A stretch of DNA of 64,000 nt from Deltaproteobacteria bacterium (GTDB lineage Bacteria; Desulfobacterota; Dissulfuribacteria; Dissulfuribacterales; Dissulfuribacteraceae): NCBI GenBank assembly GCA_026994795.1, contig JALWQB010000020.1, positions 6,113 to 70,112 on the forward strand. The letters are read 5' to 3'. The notes below the pieces were generated by a model. That model saw nothing but the letters and a program-made list of their open reading frames with translations. It did not search any database and had not been told where the DNA came from. Numbering within the stretch: position 1 is the stretch's first letter; every line of letters starts with the position of its first letter. This document shows positions 1 through 8,191 of the stretch, in pieces. The position numbers and the translations under genes were made by a program.

Positions 1-963
1 CGGTATATCAGGGCGTCTTATGCGAAGGGGAGGCGTCTTAAATGCCACTACATTGAGCCTAAAGAACAAGTCCTCTCTAAACTGACCCTTTTGCACAAGG
101 AGCCTCAGGTCCTGATTGGTAGCGGCAATAATCCTGACATCAACCTTTGTTACCTTATGACTGCCAACCCTTGTTATCTCCTTTTCTTCCACTACCTTTA
201 AGAGCTTTGCCTGAAGGTCTAAGTTTATATTTGCTATCTCGTCAAGAAAGACGGTGCCGCCGTTTGCAAGCTCAAACTTTCCCAGCTTATTTTCAGTTGC
301 GCCTGTAAAAGCACCCTTAACATGGCCAAAGAGCTCGCTTTCAAAGAGGGAGGGCACAAGGGTTGAGCAATCTACAGAGACAAAAGGGGCATCCTTTCTT
401 GGGCTTTGCTCGTGTATATAGCGCGCCAAAAGCCCCTTTCCAGTGCCGCTCTCTCCTGTTATAAGCACTGTGCTATCAGTTGGGGCAACGCGCCTTGCCT
501 GAGAAAGGAGGTCAATAATGGGTCTGCTTTCCCCAACTATCCTGACATCTCCCTCCTTCTTCTTAAGCTCCTCCCTCAAATAGATATTTTCAATGGTCAG
601 CATACGCGCCTTCAGGCACTTTTTTACCACCATCAATAGCTCTTCAGGCTCAAATGGCTTGGGCAAAAAGTCGTTTGCGCCAAGACGCATTGCCTCTACA
701 GCGTTCTGGATTGTGCCATAGGCAGTTATCATAACAATTGGGAGGAGGCTGTCCTTTTGCCTTATGCCTGCAATAAGGTCAAGGCCATTTATATCAGGCA
801 TCTTTAAGTCAACAAGCACAATGTCAAAATCAAGCCTGTCAAGTAGGCTAAATGCCTCCTTGCCCGTAGCTGCCTCCATACACTCATACCCCCTGCGCCT
901 GAGCACCTGAGCGCAACCATCCCTTATTGCAGGGTCATCGTCTATTATCAATATCCGTTCCAT
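1..963 (-). CDS. sigma-54-dependent response regulator, NtrC family (C-terminus cut by window edge)
   Basis: Absent from the ORF track because it runs off the window. Minus-strand translation from the ATG (cat at 961-963) gives MERILIIDDDPAIRDGCAQVL (receiver domain), then Walker A GESGTGKG and the sigma-54 contact loop GAFTGA. Confidence 0.9.
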   Translation of the reverse strand, partial: MERILIIDDDPAIRDGCAQVLRRRGYECMEAATGKEAFSLLDRLDFDIVLVDLKMPDINGLDLIAGIRQKDSLLPIVMITAYGTIQNAVEAMRLGANDFLPKPFEPEELLMVVKKCLKARMLTIENIYLREELKKKEGDVRIVGESRPIIDLLSQARRVAPTDSTVLITGESGTGKGLLARYIHEQSPRKDAPFVSVDCSTLVPSLFESELFGHVKGAFTGATENKLGKFELANGGTVFLDEIANINLDLQAKLLKVVEEKEITRVGSHKVTKVDVRIIAATNQDLRLLVQKGQFREDLFFRLNVVAFKTPPLRIRRPDIP

Positions 964-1083
964 AACAACATATATTGCCTGTGGCTACTTCCAAAAATGA
1001 TTTATTACCGCACCGATAATAAGCAGAGCTACTCCTACAATAATTCTTAAAAGCCAGTTGATTTTATCTTTTCTATCAAATGC

Positions 1084-1419
1084 CTAAGGAGATAGACTGT
1101 CTGAAATTTCCTTTTTTATGGTAAGGCATAAAAAATCAATAGTATCATATCCTGCACGATAGACATGCCCATAGGCTTTATCTAAATTTTTTAAGATATA
1201 ATCATCAGAATCATTGTTTATTTTCTTTACATTAAAAAGTGCTGCTATAACCCTCATTAAGTGATCAAAGGCATTCCGTAATTCATTTATTACTTGTATA
1301 TCAGTCTTTTGCTCTTGATTAATTTCCTCAAAATATAAAATAGTTTCTTTAACAACTAAATATAACTCTGCAATCTCTCTAAAGCGCTTATCTATTTCAG
1401 GATTGGAGAAAATGCTCAT
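1084..1419 (-). CDS. hypothetical 111-aa protein with an Rx4H (HEPN-like) motif
   Basis: ORF in an AT-rich segment, coupled to the upstream ORF (TGAtATG). ELRNAFDHL is at nt 1261-1278. I recognise no family. Confidence 0.5.
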   Translation of the reverse strand: MSIFSNPEIDKRFREIAELYLVVKETILYFEEINQEQKTDIQVINELRNAFDHLMRVIAALFNVKKINNDSDDYILKNLDKAYGHVYRAGYDTIDFLCLTIKKEISDSLSP

Positions 1420-1420
1420 A

Positions 1421-1651
1421 TCACGGTAAAGAAAGTTGTCTCACTTCATCCATAAATTTTTGCTTTTCTTCATCAGTAAAAAAAAGCCCCTTTCCCAACC
1501 GTTGACTGCACCTATGACGAACTGCAAGTTGCTGTGTCTCACTAACAACATTCTTATCTATTCTAATTTTAGCAAAATCTTTATCAAGAGGGTCAGGCCA
1601 AGAGGTAAGCCTGCCTATTTTCTCCTGAAACAGCCTCCATATACCGCTCAT
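1421..1651 (-). CDS. hypothetical 76-aa protein
   Basis: ORF one base upstream of the 111-aa ORF on the same strand. No recognisable motif. Confidence 0.45.
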   Translation of the reverse strand: MSGIWRLFQEKIGRLTSWPDPLDKDFAKIRIDKNVVSETQQLAVRHRCSQRLGKGLFFTDEEKQKFMDEVRQLSLP

Positions 1652-1864
1652 TACTACCTCCTTCTTTAAAACTCCAACTATCTTTCACATACAGGACATT
1701 TCAAAATACAAAAATTGCATTTTAAAGGCTTATTTCACTAAAAAACCCTTCTTTTTGAGTATTTTACATTTTATCAGCAAAAAAGTCAATAATAATTTAC
1801 TGTTTTGCCCTGTTTTGCCATTTAGAAATTAGAACTTATCTATTCATAAATAATATATACCAGC

Positions 1865-3352
1865 CTATAATAGGCTTATAGCCTTCTTAACCACCTCAAC
1901 AGGGCCATCCCCTATTACCCTTATAGCAGGCTCTTTTCCAACATCTCCCGTATCCCATATTATGTCTGGGACCATCTTGAGCCTTTCTATTGCCTCCTTT
2001 ACGCCCCATACAAGGGATGAGCCCTCTTTTTCCTTTATTGATAATGGCTCATAAGCCCTGTTAAAGGATGCTATTGAATATCCAAGCTCTTTTGCCCTTT
2101 TTATAAACCTTTCATCAAACCTTATATCCATTGCAGAGCGCTTTTTAGGGTCAAACTGCATTACTGTCAATATGATGCGCGCTACATGAGAGGATGCCCC
2201 GAACTCAGGGACAGATACAGCGTGTAATCTATCTTTTACCCTTACAATTCTCCCTAAAAATGCCGCAACCTCGCCCTTATCCCTTGCCTCCTTCATTGCA
2301 TAGCCAAGATTAATCTGTATCTCAGGGGCAAGCATCCATGCCCTATCATTGGCTTTTAGTATGGAATATGCCCTTTTAAGCTCAGATAAAATAGCTTCTC
2401 TTTCCATCTCCCTTTCATATACAAAAATGGGATTGACTGGCCCTATCCCCCTGCCCCCAATTGAAGATGCCCCAATGAGTGACAGGCTCATAAACTCCTG
2501 TGAAAGCCTCATTGCCTCAGTTATCTCAATGCCTTTTCCCAAAAATGTGGCAATTGAAGATGCATAGGCGCACCCTGTTCCGTGAGAGTGAGGGGTGTTT
2601 ATCCTCCTTGCCTCTACAGAAAATAACCCGTCATCTATCTTATTCTCATACTTGACTAAAAGGTCAGAGCAATCATCCTCCTCAAGGTGGCCCCCTTTTA
2701 TTATCATATTAAAAGAAGGGGGCGGGGAAAAACCCTTCAGTCTATCCATTAGCTCCACTGCAACCTCAGCCTGAGCAGCCCTGTTATAAGGGCAATAAGG
2801 CTTGTTGGGGTTGGAAGTTGCGGGGTCTTTAATGTTATTTTTATTGCCTATATGCCTTAACAGGCATAGCGCCTCCTCTAAGTTTGGGGTAAAGCAGGTT
2901 GTAACTGGCATAAGGCGCTTTAAGAAGGTTATAAGCCAATCAGTATCCATAAGGATATGGCCATTTTTAGAGGCAAGCACTGGGTCTAATACAACATGGG
3001 CATCTCCTCTATACTGGCTCAGGCACTCAGATAATACGATAATATTCTCTTTGCTCCCAATCATGCCTATCTTAATTGCATCAAACTCTATGTCTTTAAG
3101 AAGGGTCTCTAACTGCGCCCTGAGCCAGCCTGATGGCGCTGGCATAACATCAAAGACGCCTTCAGAGCTCTGCACCGTGAGGGCAGTTGGAATTGCTCCA
3201 GCATAAGCCCCAAGGACAGTAATTGTCCTTATGTCTTGCTGTATCCCTGCCCCGCCAGATGGGTCAGAGCCTCCAATGGCCAGTATTTTTGTATCTGTCC
3301 CGATATTTCTTGTTATCCCTTGGGCTAATGTCATCATATCATACTGCATCAT
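1865..3352 (-). CDS. thiDN: bifunctional hydroxymethylpyrimidine/phosphomethylpyrimidine kinase (ThiD) fused to ThiN-type thiamine-phosphate synthase
   Basis: ILAIGGSDPSGGAGIQQD and the rest of the N-terminal part are ThiD-like. The C-terminal ~190 aa (PEIQINLGYA...FGASSHVARIIL...IWDTGDVGKEPAIRVIG) look like a ThiN domain. The start is probably at the internal MMQYDMM rather than ORF codon 1. Confidence 0.85.
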   Translation of the reverse strand: MMQYDMMTLAQGITRNIGTDTKILAIGGSDPSGGAGIQQDIRTITVLGAYAGAIPTALTVQSSEGVFDVMPAPSGWLRAQLETLLKDIEFDAIKIGMIGSKENIIVLSECLSQYRGDAHVVLDPVLASKNGHILMDTDWLITFLKRLMPVTTCFTPNLEEALCLLRHIGNKNNIKDPATSNPNKPYCPYNRAAQAEVAVELMDRLKGFSPPPSFNMIIKGGHLEEDDCSDLLVKYENKIDDGLFSVEARRINTPHSHGTGCAYASSIATFLGKGIEITEAMRLSQEFMSLSLIGASSIGGRGIGPVNPIFVYEREMEREAILSELKRAYSILKANDRAWMLAPEIQINLGYAMKEARDKGEVAAFLGRIVRVKDRLHAVSVPEFGASSHVARIILTVMQFDPKKRSAMDIRFDERFIKRAKELGYSIASFNRAYEPLSIKEKEGSSLVWGVKEAIERLKMVPDIIWDTGDVGKEPAIRVIGDGPVEVVKKAISLL

Positions 3353-3573
3353 ACTGAAAAAAATGCTGTTTTCGCCCTTTATTTTTGAGCAATATACCAA
3401 TATTCTTCCAGAAGTTAAAGCCTCAAAAGGGGATAAAATACTTGTTTTTAGCTTAACCCAAATCCTGTACTGCAAAAGGGGGTAAAATGAAATTTAAAAG
3501 TTATATTAGGTGGTTAAGTTATATAAAGATTGTCTGTAAAATTCACTTTTTGACTGAGGGCAAATCTCATTCC

Positions 3574-3604
3574 TTTTGCCCCCTTTTGTTATGCGGAATT
3601 TAGG
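3574..3604. repeat. short degenerate copy of the dispersed TGCCCCCTTTTGCCGTGCAGGATTTAGG repeat
   Basis: ttttgcccccttttgttatgcggaatttagg aligns with the copies at 3699-3727, 26686-26714, 33801-31 (reverse) and 54383-54409. Confidence 0.6.
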
Positions 3605-3619
3605 TGTATTCTTATTTGT

Positions 3620-3727
3620 CTAAATCCTGCATTGGCGAGTTTGTCCAAGATTTGAGGCGCAAGGGGCGCAGACGTGCTTAGGCGCTTCAAGCCCCGATGT
3701 GCCCCCTTTTGCCGTGCAGGATTTAGG
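3620..3727. repeat. long copy A of the dispersed intergenic repeat (MITE/REP-like), with inverted CTAAATCCTGCA termini
   Basis: It starts ctaaatcctgcattggcg and ends ccgtgcaggatttagg, which are inverted ends. The ~85-bp core, including gtgcttaggcgcttcaagccccgat, recurs at 56543-56653. Confidence 0.7.
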
Positions 3728-3796
3728 AGTTATATTTTCGGCTCTGCAACGGTCGGGGATCTGTTATTTTATCAGTGATATGATTATGGATTGGTT

Positions 3797-4624
3797 ATGG
3801 ATAAAGAAAAAATAGTCTTAGGCATATCTCCATGTCCTAATGATACATTTATGTTTTATGGCCTTATTCGCAATAAGATAAGCCATCCGTTTGAAATTGA
3901 GGTTATTATAAGAGATGTTGAGGCGCTTAATGAGATGGTAATGGACGGGATGTTGACAGTGAGCAAGGTCTCGTATCATCTTGCCTTATTAGTGAGAGAA
4001 AAATATAAAGTATTAAGGGCGGGCGGTGCGCTTGGCTGGGGCTGTGGCCCTATAGTGGTTACAAGGCAAGATTATGAGCTATCTTCCCTTAGAGGAAAGG
4101 TTGTGATAACCCCCGGAAAGTTGACTACTGCAGCACTCTTATTAAGGCTATATGAGCCGCAGATCAGTCAAGAAGCGCCAATGCTCTTTTCAAAGATACC
4201 AATGGCAGTTAAAGAAGGAAAGGCAGATGCCGGGGTCATTATACATGAATCGCGATTTACATTTTCTGGGCTTGGGCTTAAAGAGTTTATAGACTTAGGC
4301 AGATGGTGGGAGATGTCCTATGGCCTGCCTGTCCCGCTTGGGGGGCCTGTTATAAAGAGGCAATGTGATAAATATGTTCAAGATGCGCTTGAACAGGCCA
4401 TAAGAGACAGCATAGATTATGCGTGGAACAATATGGAAGAGGTTATTGGTTTTTCAAGGCATTGGGCAAGGGAGCTTGATGAAGATGTTTTAATGAGGCA
4501 TATAAAATTATATGTGAATGAATATTCTTATGATATTGGACAACAAGGGCAAGAGGCGTTAGATACCCTATTTTCTCTTGGAGTTCAGAAGGGGCTGTTT
4601 GATGAAGATAACTTAATGGATTAG
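3797..4624 (+). CDS. mqnD: 1,4-dihydroxy-6-naphthoate synthase (futalosine menaquinone pathway)
   Basis: The N-terminal GISPCPNDTFMFYGL motif is typical of the MqnA/MqnD family. ATG at 3797 is preferred over the TTG at 3791. Confidence 0.75.
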   Translation: MDKEKIVLGISPCPNDTFMFYGLIRNKISHPFEIEVIIRDVEALNEMVMDGMLTVSKVSYHLALLVREKYKVLRAGGALGWGCGPIVVTRQDYELSSLRGKVVITPGKLTTAALLLRLYEPQISQEAPMLFSKIPMAVKEGKADAGVIIHESRFTFSGLGLKEFIDLGRWWEMSYGLPVPLGGPVIKRQCDKYVQDALEQAIRDSIDYAWNNMEEVIGFSRHWARELDEDVLMRHIKLYVNEYSYDIGQQGQEALDTLFSLGVQKGLFDEDNLMD

Positions 4625-4721
4625 GGCGCTGATGTTATTATAATATTTTGTAATACACCGTAGAGACTTTTAAATAGTATCGCTATGATAGATAAAATAG
4701 ATAGAAAGGAAGATATTAATT

Positions 4722-5453
4722 ATGTATGACTATAGTGTTATTAATATGCTCATCTCAGCAGATATTTTAGTTCAGGGCGTATTGGCGATATTGGTCATAT
4801 TTTCAATATCCTGTTGGGCAGTAATATTTGCCAAGATCAGGCTTTTTAAAAGGGCGTTTAAAGAGGATGACGAATTTAAAGATTATTTTGATCGTCATAA
4901 TGATATGGATGAGATATATCATCTTGCAAGGACGCTCCGTTTTTCACCAATGTCTGAGGCATTTGTTGAGGCTTACAGTGAATATAAACGCCTTAAAAAC
5001 GCTATAAGAGGGCCTTATGGAATAGCAAACTGGATGCATAATATAGAGAGGGCAATAGAAAAGGCGGTTACCATAAATATGTGGAGATTTGAGACAGGTA
5101 TTGGATGGCTATCTGCCATTGCAAGTTCTTCTCCGTTTATAGGCCTTTTTGGCACAGTATGGGGCATAATGAAGAGCTTTCACGAAATAGGGATAAGGGG
5201 CAGCGCTTCTCTCGCAACTGTTGCCCCCGGCATATCTGAGGCGCTTATAGCAACTGCCATAGGTCTTGCCGCTGCCATACCTTCATATATAGCGGTTAAG
5301 CTGTTTAACACAAAAATATTTGAGATTGAAGGCAATTTGATCTGTTTTAAGAGCGAGTTGTTAAATCGCATAGAGCAGTCTCTCGTTATAGAAAATTTAT
5401 CTGTAAAAAAGAGCCTAAAAAAGCAGGTTATTGAGGCCAAGAGAGGGGAATAG
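4722..5453 (+). CDS. MotA/TolQ/ExbB-family proton channel
   Basis: Three TM segments and a conserved SSSPFIGLFGTVWGIM...GISEALIATAIGL core. Confidence 0.85.
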   Translation: MYDYSVINMLISADILVQGVLAILVIFSISCWAVIFAKIRLFKRAFKEDDEFKDYFDRHNDMDEIYHLARTLRFSPMSEAFVEAYSEYKRLKNAIRGPYGIANWMHNIERAIEKAVTINMWRFETGIGWLSAIASSSPFIGLFGTVWGIMKSFHEIGIRGSASLATVAPGISEALIATAIGLAAAIPSYIAVKLFNTKIFEIEGNLICFKSELLNRIEQSLVIENLSVKKSLKKQVIEAKRGE

Positions 5454-5456
5454 GCT

Positions 5457-5882
5457 ATGGGGCTTGATGCTGACATAAGGAAAAAAAGCGGTAGAGCACG
5501 CCATTCAGCAGAGATAAATGTAACTCCGCTTGTAGATGTAATGCTGGTCCTTTTAATAATATTTATGATAACCGCCCCTATGATGACAAGGGGCGTCAAG
5601 GTGGAATTGCCTGAGACTACGGCAAAGCCGCTTCCGCAAAAGACTAGGCCCATTACAATAACAATAAACAAAAAGGGGGTTATCTATTTAAATGCTGTAA
5701 AGATAGATCTGTCGGCTTTGAGGGCGCGGTTGAGCCTCCTTAAAAGGCGGGACCCTAAGGTAAAGGTAATATTAAGGGGAGACAAAGATGTCCCTTATGG
5801 CATTGTGGCCTCTGTAATTACTGCGTTAAAGGAGGCCGATATAAAAGAACTCGGCCTTATAACAAGGTTTCCTGAAAGATAA
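5457..5882 (+). CDS. TolR/ExbD-family protein
   Basis: AEINVTPLVDVMLVLLIIFMI N-terminal anchor, with size and position directly after the TolQ/ExbB gene. Confidence 0.85.
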   Translation: MGLDADIRKKSGRARHSAEINVTPLVDVMLVLLIIFMITAPMMTRGVKVELPETTAKPLPQKTRPITITINKKGVIYLNAVKIDLSALRARLSLLKRRDPKVKVILRGDKDVPYGIVASVITALKEADIKELGLITRFPER

Positions 5883-5883
5883 A

Positions 5884-6924
5884 GTGCGCTCATCAATTAA
5901 TTCCTATCCAAAATATGTAATATACTCTATTATATTTCATATAGTTATGGGGTGTATATTCTTCTGGGCAGGGGTGTTTTTAAATAGTTCTAAAAAGACC
6001 CCTGAGGTATACACTGTAAAATTATTTTATCCCGAGCCCTCCTTAATACCCTTAAATAAGCCTGCTGTAAAGAGGCCATCTATAAAGAAAGAGAGGCGCC
6101 AAAAGCCTCCTTTAAAGACCCAGTCAAAGAAGGCTGAGAAAAAAAATACTGTAAGTAAGCCTGTAAAAAAAGTTAAGAAAGAAAACAAGAAAAAGATACA
6201 GGAGAGAAAAGAAAAAAAGCCAAAGGAAAAACCCGTTAAAAAGCCTTCTTCTAAAAAACAGGCTAAAAAACAAGAGAAAAAGTCAGAGGCAGTTAAGAAA
6301 GCCAATGCCCAAAAACGGGGGAAAAAGGTCTCCCCTAAGGTAAAAAAGACAAAAAGGCAAAATATTCCAAAGAATAAGCGAGCAGGGCACAAAGATAAGG
6401 CTGTATCCAAGGTTAATAAAAAATCTGAAGAAGACGTTATTCAAAGGCGGCTTAAAGAGATTAAAAGGCGTGTAGAGGAGAAGAAGGAGGAAGAATACCT
6501 TAAAAAAAGGCTCTTAGAATTACAGGCAAAGAAGAAAAAGACAGAGAAAAAGGCAAGATCCCATACCGGGGCATCAAAGACCTCATCTCCTGTAACCAAT
6601 AGGAGTAAAAAGGGAAAGAGCGGAGAAGACCCTGTGTTAAAACGCTATTTTTTGTCAGTATGGGAGCTCATCAGGTCTCACTGGATACTGCCTCAAGGGG
6701 TGATTGAAAAGACTGATCTTGAGGCTGTTGCGGTGCTTGTAATTGCGCCAAGCGGAAAGGTATTATCAGTAAGGTTTGAAAGGTCTTCTGGTGAGCCGTT
6801 ATTTGACCAGTCAGTAAGGCGCGCTATTGAAGGCATAAGCTCGCTTCCGCCATTGCCAAAGGCGTTGGCAGATGCGCCATTAGAGCTTGGGGTAAGGTTT
6901 AGACCTGATTATTCAAATAATTGA
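5884..6924 (+). CDS. TonB/TolA-family energy transducer (N-terminal TM, Lys-rich linker, TonB_C-like domain)
   Basis: Single TM, a long K/E/P-rich spacer, and a C-terminal domain (YFLSVWELIRSHWILPQG...VRFERSSGEPLFDQSVRRAI) typical of TonB/TolA. No tolB or pal follows. Confidence 0.7.
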   Translation: MRSSINSYPKYVIYSIIFHIVMGCIFFWAGVFLNSSKKTPEVYTVKLFYPEPSLIPLNKPAVKRPSIKKERRQKPPLKTQSKKAEKKNTVSKPVKKVKKENKKKIQERKEKKPKEKPVKKPSSKKQAKKQEKKSEAVKKANAQKRGKKVSPKVKKTKRQNIPKNKRAGHKDKAVSKVNKKSEEDVIQRRLKEIKRRVEEKKEEEYLKKRLLELQAKKKKTEKKARSHTGASKTSSPVTNRSKKGKSGEDPVLKRYFLSVWELIRSHWILPQGVIEKTDLEAVAVLVIAPSGKVLSVRFERSSGEPLFDQSVRRAIEGISSLPPLPKALADAPLELGVRFRPDYSNN

Positions 6925-6968
6925 TTTATAGGAAATTATAATAAATCCTTAAAGGATATGGGCTGTTA

Positions 6969-8183
6969 ATGTCGTCTAAACTCAAGTGGGGCTATACTAC
7001 TGGCACATGCGCTGCCGCAGGCGTCAAGGCAGCCTTATTAAGGCTTCTTTATGGGGGGTATATTAAAAAGGTCTCAGTATCGCTGCCTGGGAATAGACAC
7101 TTAGATATAGATGTAGCTGACCTGCAACAAAATAGAGATACCGCTATTGCGACTGTTATAAAAGACGGGGGAGATGACCCTGACTGCACTCACGGGGCTG
7201 AGATTAAGGCAAAGGTTTCTATTGGCCTTACGGCTCCTCCTGCTTATGAGAGAAAAAGTGATATTGTATTTGATTGCAACAGGTTTGCGTCTGACAGAAA
7301 GGTATTGATAAGAGGGGGAGAAGGCGTTGGCATTGTAACAAGGCCTGGCCTTCCAATCGTTCAGGGTGAATATGCAATAAATCCCGTGCCGAGAAAGATG
7401 ATTTTGAGGGCGGTTGAAGAGGCGTTTTTAATAGATAAACACGGGCTTGATACACCCCGAAAAATTTCCCTTAAAGACTATTGGGTTAATATAGAGATCA
7501 TTGTCCCGGAGGGGAAGAGGCTCGCAAAAGAGACCCTGAACCCTCGCTTAGGGATTCTTGATGGCATATCAATCCTTGGCACAACAGGGCTTGTAAAACC
7601 GTTCTCTCATGGGGCGTATAGGGCGACTATCTATGTAGCGCTCAGGGCCGCGATAGCGCAGGGCGTAAAAAAGATTTTCCTGACAACAGGCTCTACCTCA
7701 GATGCCGTCTCAAGGAGGCTCAATAATAATGCCCCGGAAATAGCCTTTTGTCAGATGGGAGACTATGTAAAATTTGCCCTGTACTGGGCAGAGAGGCTCA
7801 AATTTAACTGCGCCCACATATATGCCTTCTGGGGAAAGACGGTAAAGATGGCTCAAGGGCTTGGAATGACGCACGCCTCTTCTGGAGATGTTGACATTGG
7901 CCTTATTGCAGATATGCTTGAGGCGCTCTATCCCCATACAAAGGGCTCTATATTGACTAAAGAGATAAGGATGGCGAATACAGCCCGCCATGCCCTTTCT
8001 ATACTAAAAAATACCGAATTTTATCCTGCCATAACACAGGCCATTACCCAACGGGCAATCAAGATGCTGAATCGTTTTTTTAAAAAAGGTCTCTTATTGC
8101 GCCTTACGCTCCTTGACTATGATGGGAACATCATCTGTGAAAAGGATGACAAGGAGGAACATATAGATAAGATAACGGCATAA
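6969..8183 (+). CDS. cbiD: cobalt-precorrin-5B C1-methyltransferase
   Basis: N-terminal GYTTGTCAAAG signature and overall length. Confidence 0.85.
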   Translation: MSSKLKWGYTTGTCAAAGVKAALLRLLYGGYIKKVSVSLPGNRHLDIDVADLQQNRDTAIATVIKDGGDDPDCTHGAEIKAKVSIGLTAPPAYERKSDIVFDCNRFASDRKVLIRGGEGVGIVTRPGLPIVQGEYAINPVPRKMILRAVEEAFLIDKHGLDTPRKISLKDYWVNIEIIVPEGKRLAKETLNPRLGILDGISILGTTGLVKPFSHGAYRATIYVALRAAIAQGVKKIFLTTGSTSDAVSRRLNNNAPEIAFCQMGDYVKFALYWAERLKFNCAHIYAFWGKTVKMAQGLGMTHASSGDVDIGLIADMLEALYPHTKGSILTKEIRMANTARHALSILKNTEFYPAITQAITQRAIKMLNRFFKKGLLLRLTLLDYDGNIICEKDDKEEHIDKITA

Positions 8184-8191
8184 TAAACCCT

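Noticed and set aside
1807-1820. Sigma-54-like TGGCAAAACAGGGC on the minus strand upstream of the 76-aa ORF
   Set aside because: GG and GC are separated by 9 nt instead of the obligatory 10. The sequence is part of a direct repeat, CTGTTTTGCC x2.
3353-3790. Expected TPP riboswitch upstream of thiDN
   Set aside because: I found no CUGAGA...ACCUGAUCUGGAUAAUGCCAGCG core on the coding strand. Only dispersed repeats are present. This needs a covariance-model scan to be certain.
6027-6410. 127-aa antisense ORF inside the TonB/TolA-like gene
   Set aside because: It is the reverse frame of a Lys/Glu-rich low-complexity linker (giving F/L/S-rich nonsense), with no independent support.
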